DNA of 63,986 bases, counting the filler, from Circinaria calcarea (taxonomy: Eukaryota): the NCBI GenBank assembly GCA_051942165.1. It is 6 parts of 6 records of this genome, joined end to end, with 100 filler letters (N's around TTAATTAATTAA, not from the genome) between each part and the next. Parts side by side here need not be neighbours in the genome. Positions count along the whole stretch, not along the records: positions 10,760 to 21,398 come from JAVECS010000780.1; positions 21,499 to 32,128 come from JAVECS010000781.1; 4 more parts are not named here. The stretch is one strand, 5' to 3'. Every line of letters begins with the position of its first letter. Position 1 is the stretch's first letter. Position numbers and translations under genes: made by a program. This document shows positions 11,711-24,560 of this stretch, piece by piece. The notes under the pieces are model-generated. The model worked only from the letters and a program-made list of their open reading frames with translations, searched no databases and was not told the origin of the DNA.

Positions 11711-12289
11711 GATGCCACTGGTCACTCATAACTCCTTCACGTCAGAGGAAGTGGTGAAGTAGTCGAGGCATCATCTTCGAGCCTGCTTCATTTCCGACAT
11801 TAGGAGAAGTTACTTGGCGGGGCGCGTTTGAACTCCTGATTGAACAGCTGAGGCGCGGGTTCCCGTTTGGGGGATAGTGCAGCCGGGATCTATGACGTCA
11901 AATCGCATGGCATTAATGCATGAAATTAGGCCGAAAATAGTTTAGAGCAAAATTTGATAGCCCGCATGCGAGATCACTACGGGCTTTAGGGTACAGTCAG
12001 ATGCGCCTTCGATCACTATCCGACGGCGACTCGTGAATTTCTCCGAGAGGTCGCAGTGAATGATATATATCACGTGCATAGGAGCGAACGAATGACCATC
12101 ATTTCTTCCGTGCCTATCCAACAAAGTAGTGACACCTGATGCTAAAATGCACCAGAGCCTGCATCGCCATGACTTGGCTGCAGACCAGATTCCGGTCTGA
12201 CACTAGTATGCCACTTTTAACCTATGGACTGGACATTGATTATCCTATGACCATAGACTCGGCATCGGCCAGGTTAGGGGGATCTTGCA

Positions 12290-13449
12290 GCCCCTTCAAT
12301 AGAGGCCGATTTAATCCTGCCAGAACTTTCGGAGAAAATCGTCAAACTTCTCTCTTGTCATCAAGCTCATTATCTCTTCTCTCACAAGCCGTGCTTCGGA
12401 TTGTCGCCCCTCCACTTCGAGTAACGATGCTTCCTCAAACAGATCCGTTGTCTTGTACTGAGAATAATGTGATAGAGCTTCGATATATTGAGGGTGGGTG
12501 TCCTCCCCTGTCATCTCGAACAACCAGTACACTTCCAACGTTGTTCTGCCAAAACATCGGCGCCCAACCGAACGTCTCAGAGTCTTCTATATCCATGTTC
12601 CTTTAGAGGAACGTGGCGGCGGTGTTCATACAACCAGTTCCCTCCTTCCATGCAGGATGCTTGGGGTACTTGCGAACTCTTATGGGCTGCCCGACAAGCT
12701 CTGAGATGGGCGCTACTGGTTCACCGAACACAGGATGGTCTTCTGGGACATCGACGACAATTTATTTTTCCGCTCCAAAATCTTCTTGATCGCCCTTGCG
12801 GCTGATCTTGACGCCTTTGACTGTTCCTCGCCCCATTGCCACCATTGGCTTTGTCTGCGGCCTCGTTGTGATGGTATGAGGTTAAGTAATCGACCGTGTC
12901 CCGATAATCAGCCATGGTCATATCCTTGTAAACTGGATTATCGGCACCGAGACCTTGTCTTTTCATGGCGATCACCGGGCTTTTCCAATCCCGCATTTCT
13001 GCTCTTTGATTGCTTGAAAGATGCCGATGTTGGAGTCTGATTCATCAAACTTGGACGCATCACGGAGCGAGATCTCGATCAGGTCATCCAACGAACATCC
13101 CCTGACAGGATTACGATAAACGAGTATCTGCTTGATAGGACTATTCCCAGGCCCCATAAAGTGCTGAATCTCACTCTGCTCATACTTGACATCACCCTTG
13201 GTTATCTCTTGGCACGCGACCTATATAAACTCAGTCTGGTAGTTTGCCCTCCTCTTGGAAGAGGATTGCTCGTCTGTGGGATTGTCCAGGTCGATTGGTA
13301 TGATAACGGCGCTGCTGGCAGAGGAGTTTATGAGCAGGCCAGTCAGTTTTTTGACACTCGACTGAGCAATAGCTGCTTGAATGGCATTGCTTGCACACTC
13401 TGGGACCGAGAATACCGAGCATGTTGCAAATCGTACATTGGAACGCCAT
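12290..13449 (-). pseudogene. MYND-type zinc-finger protein gene, disrupted by frameshifts and nonsense codons
   Basis: CTIC...CKQCHSSSYCSVECQKTDWPAHKLLC and HRRAILF are followed by EFI*VAC and protein-like segments in different frames (WKSPVIAMK...DMTMADYRDTVDYL; PQYIEALSHY...MTREKFDDF). The 3' boundary is approximate. Confidence 0.75.
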
Positions 13450-13513
13450 AGGGAGCAGGGTGAAAAGGCTGTCAAATCTCCCAACGCAGGCGTCAATGGC
13501 TGGCTAAACTCTC

Positions 13514-13592
13514 GAAGATGTGGGAATTCACCGAGATGTGAGAATTTTCCGAGGTGCGAGAACTTCCCGAGATATGAGCACTTCTTAAGATG
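13514..13592. repeat. Imperfect 18-bp tandem repeat, about 4.4 copies
   Basis: gaagatgtgggaattcac / cgagatgtgagaattttc / cgaggtgcgagaacttcc / cgagatatgagcacttct / taagatg. Confidence 0.8.
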
Positions 13593-15031
13593 AAGTCTTC
13601 AACACTGGTGCATTCACTGTAGTGGTGTAGGATGATTTTAGCAGGCAAGGTGACAACGCTTTTGAATCGGCAAACGTTACCTACCTTGCTATCCTAAACC
13701 TCCCAACCCGTAAGCTATACTGTAGACCTAATAAGCACCTTGTCTCATGGTGATGTAGTATCGTAGCTAACGAAGCTGAGTTGAACAGCGCTGCTTGGCA
13801 ACGCATGCCTCATATGGACCCTCTTGTCTCGAATCATGCAGTAGTGAAGTAAAAACTATTCACACGAGAATTCACACAACCTCATGTTTACGCACTCCCC
13901 ACTGAAATCAAGCAGACTAGCACAAAACACAAGGAGAAAATAAACGACGTGGGCTATCACAATAGGGGTGAAGTGACAGATGATGAATGTACAAAAACCC
14001 TGAGGGAATGTAATGTATCACACCTATCCCTGTAATTGTAGTGGATTCTGTAGCAGTATTAACCTGGCCTTTTCCGCAAAGCGTCAAAGCGCAGATCAAG
14101 CACAAGGTTCTGAAGTTCGAAGCCGTAGCATGCCTAAAACGTACACAAATGCACCTTCATACTTAGACATGGGAGAACAGTATCCTTTACTTCCCCAAAA
14201 TTCCATGGACAGGCCAAGAACCCAGCGGACTTCCCTCGGCTTGCTTGTCTCGTGGGCCACAGTATTCCGGAATGAAGAGCCTGGAAGACGCTCAGTAAGT
14301 TAACGTACACGAGATGAGTTATCAAAGGGGTTCTAAGTTCGCGAGGACTAAGTTTGAAACCATTCAATTCCTCTCGAAACTTGATGAGCGATCCTTTGGC
14401 TTCGGGAATGATCCTCTGGCATAAACAGCTTTAATGTCCTTGGGCTTTTGGGTTGGGATTTTCCTCCGGCAGGAAACTGTTGTAGGGATTGAGTGTATGG
14501 AGAACATCCCCCTTCGATCTGAACGATCCCATAAACCATGGAAGGCAGACGTCTCCGGCTAAGGAATTCGGGGATAAAATAGGGGGAGGGATAGAAGGGA
14601 AAATCGTCGCTGATCTGCAACTTTTGAGCCCCTAGATGTGGGAAGCTGAGGCATGGCTTGGTCTTGATATTAAAGAAGATGGCTTAGAGGACGTTGGGAT
14701 GGTAAACTGAATAGACTAGAATATTTTAAGATGTATTGGTTTAGACTGCTAACCTGATAGCATTCAATTTCTTTTGGTCAAAGATCGACTGTTCGGAGAT
14801 GTAATGCATCTGGAACCCATCTGTAGCATCGTGACCGAATTACTGCCATGCTGATGCTTCACAGCGAGGTTGCATCGGGAGAGCGATGAGAAAGGCAATG
14901 AACCCCTGAATTTGGCAAACTAAAGTAGCATTGGCGACCTCAAACGCCATGCCAATGACATTCTTGTGGAGTGTATTACACTTGTTTTACAGAAAGCGAG
15001 TCTTAAAATACCGTATTGGGAGACAAACCCC

Positions 15032-15903
15032 CTATCCTTGTGCTCTGGTATTGAGAATTAAGGCAACAATTAGACTAACTCCGATTAGCAGAGGTCTCTG
15101 GATGCTAAACGCAAAACCGCTTGTTTACTAACCCGTAAAGTCCGAGAACTTCGCCAAAGATCAATATCAAGACCATTCCTACAAAAATCCGCGACTGAAG
15201 CATATATGACCGTACTCCCTATATATTAATCAGTCCAGAGTATCTTGCTGTGGGAATAATGGGGATGCTACCATATCTCCGACAACCCCAATAGCGTATC
15301 CGGCGGCAAGGCCCGTTAAGCCTACCGAGAGGCCTGCGGCCAAATGCAGGAAACCACTGCGAAACGCGATTTAGCGAAATATTACCGAACCCTAAACACC
15401 AACAACGTCCCACGTACTTGAAGAGGGCGTAGTGTTTATCTGGCTCCGGGGGGGTTATATTGCCAGCTAAAAGAACAGCGATGACGAGGGAGTAGACTGC
15501 AATGATACCAGCCATGACAACGGGAATCAACGACTTGGGGTCACCCTATCAGCAACATCCTTTGTGGCCCTTCCAGACAGCGCCCACCTTCATAATCAGA
15601 TCTGGTCTGAAGGTCCCGACGCCCGAGATTCCTATGCCCGACTTCGCCGTACCATACGCTGCTCCGGCACCTGCAAGGAGTAAGCTTCGGTGGCTCTCAA
15701 TGCTTTGTCTATCACCCACATCCGAATATCATCTACCAAAGCTCAGTTGCACATCATATCAGCCGGTAGGGGGGAGTCGTTACGTACTGCGAAAGCTATG
15801 CCGCCCTGCGCTCTACGTTAGCATTTGATCGACCCCGAATGATCTGTGCGCATACCATGCCAAAGAACGGTGCAAACATCGGGGCGGCATCGTTGTTCGC
15901 CAT
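15032..15903 (-). CDS. VMA11: V-type ATPase proteolipid subunit c', multi-exon
   Basis: [101 protein letters not shown]. Confidence 0.93.
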
Positions 15904-16666
15904 GATGACTTGGAGAGCTAAATCGAGCCTTGATCTAGGCTTGGGTACTTTGGTCGATACTTGGTCTGGAAGAGGAGGAGTGAATAGGCACTGGGGAGAA
16001 TGTGGACGCTACTTGGGATCGTCACTGCGAGCTAAGGTAGCCACGGAGGTGTCGGCGGCCCACTTTGGAGATTTTGCCCTTCACTATGCTCTGCAGGTCC
16101 TATGAATAGAAACACTGAATATAGCAGAGTCCTCTTTCGAGAGTTGCACAAAAGGCCCAGAGTATCGTCAGGCAATGTCAAATGTTTGAGAGCGCCGAGC
16201 GTCGCCGTCCGAACTCACAGACAGCCTTCTTCCCGGATCTTCTCGCCTACGGTACTATTGACGACAGCCAATCAAACCCTGGCATTCCGAGATCCCAAAA
16301 TCGGACAACGTTCTTGCCAGCAAGATCTCAGATGGTGCTTTGCCTCACACCAAACTGGCTGAGTAGTACAAGGCTTATGTGCGGCCGTTTGTACGGAATC
16401 TGCTTAAAGGCGGCGGAATTGCCTCCTGGTTGCTCCTGCGGTATGTCAACGGCATTTGGTCGCTACAACGAAATGTCTGGCAACGGTGCATGTGTGCGGT
16501 GAAATGCTTACGGCAGCTCAGGTAGACTCCGTACATGATGCTCGTTGAGTCATCTCTCTTCATGTAAAGCCCCCGACTTCGCAGGTCTCTTGTGTCGTAT
16601 ATGCGAGCAAAACCGTCTTAAAAATCTTCAATTTCCCCACTCGCAGCTACGCGCATGTTATAGAGT

Positions 16667-19600
16667 ATGGCAGACTATAGCACGCAGTCAGGTCGAGCTA
16701 TCCGGCCTAACAACCATGGTCATGCGTCGAACTATCAAAGAGACGCAGCTTTTTCAAACATCTTCGGCGCTGCACCACCGCCTGGACGGTCTCAGACAAT
16801 GACCTCACAGCCAGCACCGATGCCCCCAGAGCGAGCTCAGACGATGAATTCGCAATCCTCAACTTCACTAGCATCAATGACCTCCCCCAACTTTTCTGCA
16901 GCATCAGCGCGGCCCCCGCCAGTGCGACAGCAGCAGAGTGGCTACGGTCCTTCTACGGCAAACGGATATTACCAGGGACAGAGGCAGCCCAATGGTCTTG
17001 TACAGCCACAGCCTCAACCTCAATACCTTCCGCAACCCCTCAATCCCGAACGACGCCCATACGCGCAACCACAGCGGGTCGACCTTCGACAGCCTCCTCC
17101 GCCGCAATACAATCGACCCATACCGAATCGCGTACCACCTCCCAATCCTGCGCTTAACGTAGATCCCTATCGATCACGGTCTATGGCGACGCAGAACAAT
17201 CCAGGCCCGTACATTCCACCGCCGAACGATTACAATCAGGCTTCTGCAAGCTCTTTCCGCCAACAGCCATACCATTTGCCAGCAGCTCGTACCACAGCTC
17301 AAGGACGCATCGTTCCTGAGAGGCACGACGAAAGAGCAATGTCAATGACCTCGTGGTCATCTGAGCGCGATCACAACCAGACAATGAGCGGCCGAGTGAT
17401 ACCAAACAGAAGGCGAGAATCAGGACATGAAATTCCAACAGGTCAGCCTTCCTTGGATGGGCAACGTGGCTCCACGTCCACAATGACCTCAGTTTCATCA
17501 GGAAGGACCCTAACAATGAATGGTATGAATACACCAGTACGTACCTTGTCAACGACCTCGACTATCAACGCGCCACCAGAACGGAGCGATTCGTTACAGC
17601 ATAGGCCGTCGATGGCGAACACTACCGCATCATCTTCTAGCACAGTGGTATCTACACATCTGAGGGCTCCATTGGTATATCCCGCGCTGCTCTCCAGGGT
17701 TGCGGAGGTATTTCTAGAGCGCATTAACGCCGGAGATCGTACCAAGAATGACCTGTCATACAAACTGGCATTTACAGGTTCCGAAGCTGTTGATCTGATA
17801 GCATACATTATTAAGACGACAGATCGGAACCTAGCTCTTCTTTTGGGCCGGGCTTTGGATGCTCAGAAGTTCTTCCATGATGTTACATATGATCATCGTC
17901 TGCGGGATTCGCCTTCAGAAGTCTACCAGTTTAGGGAGACTGTGTTGGAAGATCCATTGACCAATGTCAATGGCGTCTTCACTCTGCTCACAGAGTGCTA
18001 CTCGCCAACATGCACACGGGATCACCTTTGCTACTCAATTGCATGCCCCCGTCGATTGGAGCAGCAATCACGGCTGAACCTGAAACCTCAACCTGGCCTT
18101 CGACGAGAGCCTTCTCAAACAAGTCTGCATGCGGATGACAACGATGAACAGAAACTTTGGATCAATACAGTCTCCAAAGAAGTGGCTGATAGTGTTGGAG
18201 AGAAGGAGAAGAAGCGACAGGAAGTTATCTCGGAAATAATGTACACAGAACGGGATTTTGTCAAGGATTTGGAATACCTACGGGACTTTTGGATGAAGCC
18301 GTTGCGCTCAAGTAACCCGCTCCATCCATCACCAATCCCGGAACAGCGGCGAGAAAAATTCATCCGCATTGTATTTTCCAACTGTATGGATGTGCACGCG
18401 GTAAACTCGAAGTTGGCAGAGGCTCTGACCAGGAGGCAGCAAGAGAGTCCGGTCGTACGGAATGTGGGAGATATATTCCTCAACTTTGTCCCTCGTTTTG
18501 ACCCTTTCATCAAGTATGGTGCCAACCAGCTCCTTGGAAAATACGAGTTTGAACGCGAACGCTCCACAAACCCGCCCTTTTCGCGCTTCGTAGACGAAAC
18601 GGAACGGCTAAAGGAATCTCGCAAACTAGAGCTGAATGGATATTTGACGAAACCTACCACACGATTGGCTCGTTATCCCTTACTACTCGAGAACGTGCTC
18701 AAGTATACGGCGGATGATAGTCCTGATATGCAGGATATTCCAAAAGCCATCACGCTGATCAAGGGATTTTTAACCCAGGTGAATCTTGAATCCGGAAAAG
18801 CGGAGAATAGTTTCAACCTAATGCAGCTACATCAAGCTCTCCGATGGCCACCGGGTCAAGAACAAGTAGACCTGAAGCTTACAGAAGAAAACCGACAGAT
18901 GCCATTCAAAGGCCCTCTCAAGAAGAGTCCAACGGATAGCAGTGATATCATGGTATATCTGTTTGATCATGCAGTCTTGTTGGCCAAGCAGAAAATTGCG
19001 AACAAGCGAGAAGAGCTCAAAGTCTACAGGAGACCGATCCCGCTGGAACTCTTGGTAGTCCCTCAGATGGATGAGGTGATCCCAAAACCCGGAGTACCAA
19101 AGAGACCATCGTCAAGCCTCACCCTTGGAGCCAGGAACGCTTTGAGCACTCCGAAGATTAATCCCGGCGCAAAGGAGGGGTTTCCAATTACTTTTCGTCA
19201 CCTTGGCAGAGGAGGTTACGACATCACGCTTTACGCTCTTACTCATGTTCAACGACGAAAGTGGATGGAGCACATTGAGACACAGCAGAGTAAACTTCGT
19301 GATCGCGTCAATGTCTATAGCAAAACAATACTTTGTGACAACTTCTTCACCAGCCTCAACAAGGTCAATTGTTTGGTTCCAATCGGTACGTGTTTTCTTT
19401 CGGGTTGAATTCGAATAGGATTGACAATTTGCAGATGGTGGCCGTAAATTAGTGTACGGTACAGATAACGGAATATATGTCTCGGATCGACGGCCCAAAG
19501 CATCAGATGCCATACCCAGGCGTGTTCTAGACATTAACTCTGTTACTCAAATTGACGTGCTTGAGGAGTATCAGCTACTTTTGGTGCTAGCCAATAGGAA

Positions 19601-20479
19601 CCTGGTATCATACTCGCTCGAAGTCTTGGATCCTAATGAGAATCAATCTCCTTTACTTAGACGACCGAAGAAAATCCAAAGCCATTCTAGTTTCTTCAAA
19701 GCAGGCGTTTGTTTGGGAAGACATCTAGTATGCTCGGCAAAGTCATCCAGTCTCTCTACAACCATCAAAGTTTTTGAGCCAACGGATACAATCTCAAGTC
19801 GAAAGAGGGGTGGCATCACCCAATTATTCCAAGGCAGTCAAGAAGCGCTCAAGCCCTTCAAGGTAAGTGGTCCAAGTAAGGTTGCTTATTCATTACTCAC
19901 ATGGTGTATCAGGAGTTCTACATTCCTACCGAGTCTTCATCCATCCACTTTCTCAAATCCAAACTTTGCGTTGCCTGCGCTCGTGGCTTCGAGGTCGTCA
20001 GCCTGGAGACTCTAGAAACGCAATCTCTCCTTGATCAGGCAGATACGTCCCTTGACTTTGTGGCACGCGAAAAGGAAACAAGACCGATACACATTGAGCG
20101 ACTGAATGGTGAATTTCTCCTCAACTACTCGGAATTCTCCTTTTTCGTGAACCGAAACGGTTGGAGGGCACGACCGGATTGGAAGATCTCATGGGAAGGC
20201 CATCCTCAGTCCTTTGCCCTGTCGTATCCTTATATCCTAGCTTTCGAGCCAAGCTTCATTGAAATTCGGCATGTTGAAACGAGCGCTTGTGTGCATATTG
20301 TAACGTCCAAGAATATTCGAATGTTGCATTCATCAACGAGAGAAGTAAGCATCTTGCCCGTGGAGCGACGAATGGCAAACAAGCTAACGGTCTAAATATA
20401 GATAATATATGCTTACGAAGACGATGGAGGTGAGGATGTAATTGCCAGTCTAGACTTTTGGAACAAAGCCCAGTCATGA
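16667..20479 (+). CDS. ROM2: Rho1 guanine-nucleotide exchange factor (DEP-DH-PH-CNH); three introns near 19387-19434, 19863-19912 and 20346-20401
   Basis: DEP (AFTGSEAVD...QKFFHDVTYDHRL), DH (KRQEVISEIMYTERDFVKDL...KPTTRLARYPLLL) and CNH (YGTDNGIY, FFKAGVCLGR, FFVNRNGWRAR) domains; ends VIASLDFWNKAQS*. Confidence 0.95.
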
Positions 20480-21398
20480 TTTGACTTTGGACCTTGCTTC
20501 CTTACCTTCAAAAGCACCTCTTCTCATCCGCACTGCATCTCTTCGAGTTCCCTTTCGCATCTCTGCTGTACTTGTCTAGTAGCATCCCTAAGTAATGATT
20601 CAGTTTGTCGGGGTTCGTGTTGTGTTCAAGCGAGTGCTTCAGACCCTATCTATGCGTGGGACATCCATGTTCTCCATAACAGTCTTGGGTTCATGCATCG
20701 TGGCGTTTGTGTTTACCCTTGGTAAGCAGAATACCGGACGGGGGGTTGAATTGATAGGAACTTGGGCTGCTTAGAATCAGATGGTTGTCCAGCTGATGTG
20801 ATAGTCCAGCAAAACCGAAGCGGTTGGTTTTTTGAAATTTGGGGAGGAAGGTGTGAAAGTGGGGCGGTCTGTGGATGGACGGATTGGTCTGATCATCCGC
20901 TTTTTTTCTCAAGCGTGGCAATGCCGCGAACAAGAGAGAGAGAGAAGATCTCGAATGTAACTAATCAGCATAACTGTTTGTTTTTCTTGTACCTCTTTGA
21001 TCCTCACTTCAAGTAGGGATCAGCCATGGTAATGAAGTGTTTTTGCTTTCACGTAAGCATTGAAGGCAAACCTAACTACGCAACCCACGTTTCTTCCCCG
21101 AAGAAAGAGCTCAACTTTTCTCCCATCTCATTTCGTCATTAATTATCTTGCTTAAGCTTTTAAATTTTCCTTGGACAATTCTCCCTCTCGAGTACCCCCA
21201 AACGCTCGATTAGGAGCTAGTATCCGGTGGGAAACCGTAAGGGTTTCTTAAGGCCCGAAGCAATTGTTATACATGGCACGTATATGGACCTTTCATTCAA
21301 TGCCCCACATTTTTTTCCAAAATAAAACCCCCCCCCCTATTCTCTAGACTCCTTGTGTGTCCATTAGCTCCTCTCCACTCTCTCCTACATTTCCTCCC

Positions 21399-21498
21399 NN
21401 NNNNNNNNNNNNNNNNNNNNNNNNNNNNNNNNNNNNNNNNNNTTAATTAATTAANNNNNNNNNNNNNNNNNNNNNNNNNNNNNNNNNNNNNNNNNNNN
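21399..21498. other. Artificial contig linker
   Basis: Same 100-bp N/TTAATTAATTAA/N spacer. Confidence 0.99.
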
Positions 21499-21534
21499 TC
21501 CCCTGGTACCTGGTTCCTTTCCCATGTAACCATC

Positions 21535-24197
21535 ATGCATATTCTGGTGGGTTGGATGGCATGACCCATCTGCCACTTGTACACTGTCCAGCTAATACCA
21601 AGGGCCAGGTAGTCAATGACGACGGACCCCCATCAAACCAGTCCTCGCCATATGTCCACTCATTTGTGAAAACACTGCAAAGTGCAGGACACGTCGTGTC
21701 CGTCGTTCTCCCTCATGTCCAGCGCTCGTGGATTGGCAAGGCACACTTTGTAGGCCATGTCACAGAGCCAACATACTTTCGACCAGGAACACTTCACGAA
21801 GACGATGGCACAACGCACGAAAGACCTTTACCAGAAGGGGCAGAGGAAGAAGAGTGGGTGCTGGTCAATGGCTCACCGGCCACATGCACACAACTTGGCC
21901 TGTTTCATCTGTTCCAAAATCGGGGTCCGGTAGATCTCGTGGTCTCTGGTCCGAATTATGGCAGGAACTCAACTGCCCTTTTTAGTTTATCAAGTGGGAC
22001 TATCGGCGGTGCAATGGAAGCGGCAGTATGTCGGAGAAAAGCCATTGCGCTTTCGTACGCATTCTATTCAAGAGATCATGATCCAGTACTGATTGCAGGC
22101 GCATCCCGACTAGCTGTCAAGCTCGTAGAGCACTTGCATAGGAATTGGAGCGATGATGTTGATCTCTATTCAATCAACATTCCTCTAATTGAGGGCGTCG
22201 AGCAAAACAAGGTCATGTATACGAATGTTCTACAGAATTACTGGGCTTCTGGCAGTTCGTTTCAGGAGATCGAACCCACAGAGGAGAAGGATGGAGGAGA
22301 ACCCAGCAAACAGGAGAAAGAAATCCGACAGCAAACAATTGCTCCCAGTGATACAGCAAAGAGCCTAAAGCCGTCACGACACAAGCACATGCACTTCAAG
22401 TGGGCGCCAAAATTTACTGACATCCATAAAAGTATAGAAGAAAATCCACCGGGGAACGACGGATGGGCCATCAAGGAAGGCTATACAAGGCAAGTCAGCC
22501 TCTACAGAATTTGTACATCAAAAATCTAACCGACCTTTCTATAGTGTTACTCCTCTTAGAGCAAACTTTATGCATGCTTCATCCAATTTGCAAGGAGAGC
22601 TAAAGCTGTAAGTCAGCTATACACTGTACATAGAAGCAGCATAGTTTTAGATAGCCTTGCACAATGAGATACCATGCACATGCTGGATTTCTATAAATTT
22701 TTGTTCCGTACATCCTAACTACTCCCGTGATCCAGGTCCGTCAGTATGGAGACCGAAGCTGGCAATACACCTTTGCAATCCGCACCGAGATTCTATGCAT
22801 TCATCGATTATCAAGATCCTTACGTGCAACCGCTCATCCTATCCGCCTTCCAATCTCAGCTTTCCGCCTCGTCATACACCCTCATCTCCTCACTCTCCGA
22901 GCTCCCCACTCCCGAAACGCCACTTCTGCAAATAACCTCTTACGAAACTCTCGACTTCTCCCACCTTCTCGCCCATTATACAACATCCTTTGCAAACGCC
23001 TACATCATCCGTAAAGCACTCATCCGGAAACACTATCTCGCCCATACCGTCACAAGTTGGCTGACCAAGAACCCTGACAGCCCTTTGAAGAACCACGTCA
23101 AACCTACGTTAGATTTCGAATTGGATTATGCGGAGTTTCTGGAAGAAGCGCTACTCGAGGCTTATGAGTTGCACGAGAGCTTCGCCCGCAATCATGATAG
23201 AAAACCCGTAGATCGCGAATGGTGGATCCTTAAACCCAGCATGAGTGACCGCGGACAAGGCATCCGCCTCTTCAGCACCGAAGACGAACTCCGCGCCATC
23301 TTCGAACAATGGGAAGCCGACCTACCAGAAACAGATTCAGACTCCAACTCCGAAATCGAAGCCTTCACATCCTCTCTCACAAACACTACCTCCCCACCCT
23401 TCGACCCTACGGCCCCGATCCTCTCCGCCACCAAGCTCTCCTTGTACGCCGAAACAGAACCAGAAACAAAAACGAACCTCACCACTAGCATCATCACCTC
23501 CCAGCTCCGCCACTTCATCGCCCAACCCTACATCCACCCTCCCCTCCTCTTCTCCGCGCTGCAGAACCACAAATTCCATATCCGCAGCTACGTCCTCGCC
23601 GTTGGGGCCCTACGCGTCTACGTCTATAGGGAAATGCTCGCGCTCTTCGCCGCGGAATCGTATTCCGCTCCTGGTGAGGGGGATCCGAATAGAGAAGCCG
23701 GCCTTCGCGCGCACTTGACGAATACCTGTCTTCAAGATGGTCACGGCAAGCGTAAAGGCAGCGTTCGCCCCTTCTGGTCCCTCCCTTCTTTCCCGTCCTC
23801 TTCCTCCGCCCCAGACCACCTTCCGGCAAACTGGCACTCCGCAACCTATACCGCCATCTGCGACACCACGTCCGCCCTTTTCCGCGCCGCAGCCCAAGGC
23901 CAGCAAATCCACTTCCAAACCCTGCCCAACGCGTTCGAGATCTTCGGCCTGGACTGGCTGGTCGATGCGCAGGGTGAAGTGTGGCTGTTGGAGGTCAATG
24001 CGTTTCCGGATTTCGGGCAGTCCGGAGGGGAAGGAGAGGGGAGAGGAGTTGTGAGGGGGTTGTGGGAGGAGGTGGTGAATGTGGTGGTGCGGGAGTTTTT
24101 TGGACTCGGAGGAAGGGTTGGAGGGGACGAGGAAGAGGTAGACAGAGGGGAGGGGAGGATGACGAAGGTGCTGGATGTAGATATGGGGAGGAGTTAG
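21535..24197 (+). CDS. PBY1: SurE-like phosphatase / tubulin-tyrosine-ligase-like ATP-grasp fusion (Pby1-like); introns about 21547-21608, 22490-22544 (GC-AG), 22608-22735
   Basis: SurE motifs MHIL|VVNDDG, SGPNYGRN, SSGTIGGAMEA and YT|SVTPLRANF. Splicing 22608-22735 joins in frame to the TTL part (WILKPSMSDRGQGIRLF, KFHIRSY, HLTNTCLQ, FEIFGLDW, WLLEVNAFPDF). Confidence 0.88.
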
Positions 24198-24530
24198 GTG
24201 TCTAAGAGTGTAGGAGGCTGGCGATCTTGGGGGATGGGGACGGTCATGTAGGTTTTGAGTACTTATACCGATCCATTCTTTTCAAAACCGAAATCTCCCA
24301 AAAGAATGGATCTGTCACGCAGAACCAACCCCCTTGAAAAAGCTCACACAGTCTACCATCTGCCACACATATCACATACCAAGCCCCCCCCTCCCGGACC
24401 CTAATCCCATGTTATTTCTACTTAATCTACTCACTCCGCCTTGGTACTCGAAACCGCCCCATCTGACTCGCCTATCAGTGGCAAGGCCTCCAACAGTGCA
24501 GCCGGTGCAGTGCAGTGCAGTGGCCTTGAA

Positions 24531-24560
24531 CTGTACTGGCAGTGCGCACTGATAGTACAG
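24531..24560. repeat. 30-bp near-perfect palindrome within a TGCAG-rich tract
   Basis: CTGTACT-gg-CAGTGC|GCACTG-at-AGTACAG. Confidence 0.75.

Noticed and set aside
14000..14700. Short ORFs between the MYND pseudogene and VMA11
   Set aside because: No coherent gene model or recognisable domain.
15903..16667. Divergent VMA11/ROM2 (and SIL1/complex I subunit) pairs as functional clusters
   Set aside because: Head-to-head housekeeping genes are commonplace in compact fungal genomes.
22890..24205. Many antisense or overlapping ORFs over the TTL domain (and over the GRF gene)
   Set aside because: These are shadows of C-rich codon usage on the true coding strand.
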